Positions 17,739-20,000 of a stretch of DNA of 20,000 nt are shown here, in pieces; positions within the stretch are counted from its first letter, which is position 1; each line of letters opens with the position of its first letter. This DNA is from Folioceros fuciformis. Its lineage: Eukaryota. The translations under genes were made by a program, and so were the position numbers. The stretch spans positions 47,004-67,003 of the forward strand of contig JBNGIO010005971.1 in assembly GCA_049999805.1 (NCBI GenBank), written 5' to 3'. The notes beneath the pieces were generated by a model. The model had not been told where the DNA came from and ran no database searches. It saw nothing but the letters and a program-made list of their open reading frames with translations.

Positions 17739-20000
17739 ATGGCTAATGTGCAGGGATCAGACAATATCTCTCAGGTCGTGGGAGAGAAGTTGGATAACAA
17801 GAATTTTGCTTTGTGGAAGTTCAAGATGAAGAACTTCTTGGTAGGTAGAGGCTATTGGGACCTCTGCACAGGTGATGAGAGTGAACCAGAGATGGATCGT
17901 ACTCCATCACAGGAGCAAAAGACTGCTCACAAGCATTGGACTGAGAGAGCATGTAAAGTGTTACACTAGCTCTCCTTAAGCATTTCAGATGCTATGGTCA
18001 TACAAATCACAGGATGTGAGTCTCCGAAGGATGCATGGGACATACTCGTGAGGAACTATGGAAATGTCACACATGCTAGGACAATCCAGTTGAAGCAGCA
18101 GTTCAACAACTTGTCATGAGGTAGCAGATCCATACTCGTGTATACAATAGAGGTGAAGACCAAAGCTGATCAGCTTGCTACAATCGGTGCAAGTGTGACG
18201 GAAGATGACATGGTTGCAGTTACTCTGAACGGACTTGGTAAGGAGTACAAGTCCTTTGACACATCAATCTCTGTGAGAGTTGAGTTCCCAAGTTGGGATG
18301 AATTGGTTGCTTTGTTGCTACATGAGGAAGTTAAGCTTGGTCTGAACACAAGTTCAGGTATATCTCAAGGGAGAGACATTGTTTTGTTTTCTAACCAGCG
18401 TGGGAGAGGCCATAGAGGTCATGGTTCATTCCAAGGACGGGGTGATGCTCGGAACACGCAGAATCAGCAAGACAATTGGCGTGGAGGAAATGCACAAGGC
18501 CAGAGAGAATCTAGAAGTTTTAGAGGCGCAGGTAGAGCCACAAGAGGAAGAGATGGTTCTTTTCAATCTCATGACCATTCCAATAGAGAGAAGGAGTGTT
18601 ACTATTGTGGTAAGGTTGGTCCTATTGCTAAGGATTGCTATGAGCAGCAAGCAGACATGAGAGGAAAAGGAAGGCAGCATGGGAACTATGCCTTCTCTAG
18701 TAATGCTGGAAATGACCAGGATAGGTAGTTTGCCATGCAACATCTCTTTGAACAAGATGGGCAGAATGATGAGAGATGGTACATTGATTCAGGAGCATCA
18801 AACCACATGACTCCGCATGGCGAGTGGTTTAACAAGATGGATGTAGGTCCCCATGGCCATGTGTGTACAGGAGATGACACACAACATGACATAAAGCACA
18901 GAGGAATTGTTCCTCTTAGGATGCCGAATGGTGAGCAAAAGAGTCTGCAAGATGTGTTGCATATTCCAACCATTGCGAAGAACCTGTTGTCTGTTCGGTA
19001 GATGGCTAAACAAAATCTGCAGGTTCGATTCAATAAAGATGGATGCTTTATTGAAGAATATGACAGAGGGCGCAAACTGATTGCAAAGGTAGTAGGAATG
19101 GACGGATGTTCACTCTGGATGCATCCATTCCAGAGCTAAATGCAGCAATGTTTGCAAATGATGCAGGTGCCATACGTGATGTTGAAATATGGCATAAGAG
19201 AATTGGGCATGTGAACATATAGAAGCTGAAATCTATGCAACAGAAAAGCGTGGTGGAAGGATTGCCCAAGTTCAAGTATGCTGATCTTGGTCATGTGTGT
19301 TCTGCATGTCAATTTGGAAAACAGTCAAGGTTTTCATTTGTGCGACACGTGCAGAACAACTCGAGACCTTTCCAATTGATACACTCTGATGTATGGGGTC
19401 CTTCACAGAATGCATCGTTTGGAGAAGCCCACTACTATATCTCCTTCATTGATGATTTCAGCAGGTACACGTGGCTGTACATACTGAAGCATAAGGATGA
19501 AGTGTTCAAGTCTTTCAAGGACTTCAAAAAGCATGCTGAAAATGAATTCAGCTGCTCCATCTCTTGTCTAAGATCAGATGGAGGGGGAGAATATGTCTCA
19601 AATGAGTTTGACAGGTATCTTGCAGATCATGGTATACGAAGACAGCTGACTTGTAGATACACGCCACAGCAGAATGGTGTTGCAGAGAGGAAGAACAGGG
19701 TAGTCATGGAAACAGCAAGGGCAATGCTAAATGAGAAGTGCTTACCTAATGATTATTGGGCAGAAGCAATGATGACAGCAGTGTATGTACTGAATCGAAC
19801 TCCTACGGCAGGAATTCATGATGCTACACCAATTGAGAGACTGTATGGCTATAAGCCGGATATTAGGCACTCGAAAGTATTTGGGTGCATTGCATATATG
19901 CATGTACCTGATGAGAAGTGTAGGAAGCTAGATCCTAAAGCAATGAAGAGTGTTTTTTCTGGGGTATGCACGAAATAGGAAGGCATATAAGTGTTATGTG
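17739..20000 (+). pseudogene. Copia gag-pol polyprotein pseudogene
   Basis: KLDNKNFALWKFKM (gag), CYYCGKVGPIAKDC (knuckle with H>P), WYIDSGASNHMT (protease), WHKRIGH..CSACQFGK, LIHSDVWG, LRSDGGGEY and QQNGVAERKNR (integrase). In-frame stops at 17967, 18117, 18726, 18999 and 19220; frameshifts near 19086 and 19955. Confidence 0.93.

Larger units (their letters stand above)
17038..20000 (+). mobile_element. Ty1/copia LTR retrotransposon, 5' portion, inactivated; continues beyond the window
   Basis: 5' LTR, PBS and leader, followed by gag, protease and integrase in the copia domain order (integrase directly after protease). Confidence 0.95.

Noticed and set aside
17739..19222. Programmed stop-codon read-through or RNA editing restoring the copia polyprotein
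   Set aside because: Five scattered stops, two frameshifts and a mutated zinc-knuckle His indicate ordinary decay.

Overview
Eukaryotic nuclear DNA from a compact plant genome. Short (~100 nt) spliceosomal introns, plant-type tRNAs and a PLS-type PPR relic suggest a non-seed land plant such as a hornwort, lycophyte or fern (inference). A ~12 kb gene island is flanked by retroelement debris. The island holds a 14-exon CBS/PB1 membrane-anchored protein gene (+), tRNA-Ala(AGC) (+), a PPR pseudogene (+), an intron-containing tRNA-Tyr(GTA) (-), a 5-exon RlmN-like radical-SAM RNA methyltransferase (-), and a divergently transcribed 5-exon gene with an unusual F-box + LRR + 6x ankyrin architecture (+). 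To the right is a decayed CRE-like non-LTR retrotransposon (RT + restriction-like endonuclease, - strand), interrupted at 17037/17038 by a decayed Ty1/copia LTR element that runs off the window. To the left is a second, oppositely oriented copy of the same element's 3' end (1094-2079), whose interior has been amplified into a 41-bp higher-order minisatellite. A 106-nt foldback hairpin follows it. The most notable points are the CRE/RLE element and its satellite-forming copy bracketing the island, the F-box-LRR-ANK protein, the mirror-image gene-tRNA arrangement, and the hairpin. No wholly new system can be established from sequence alone.
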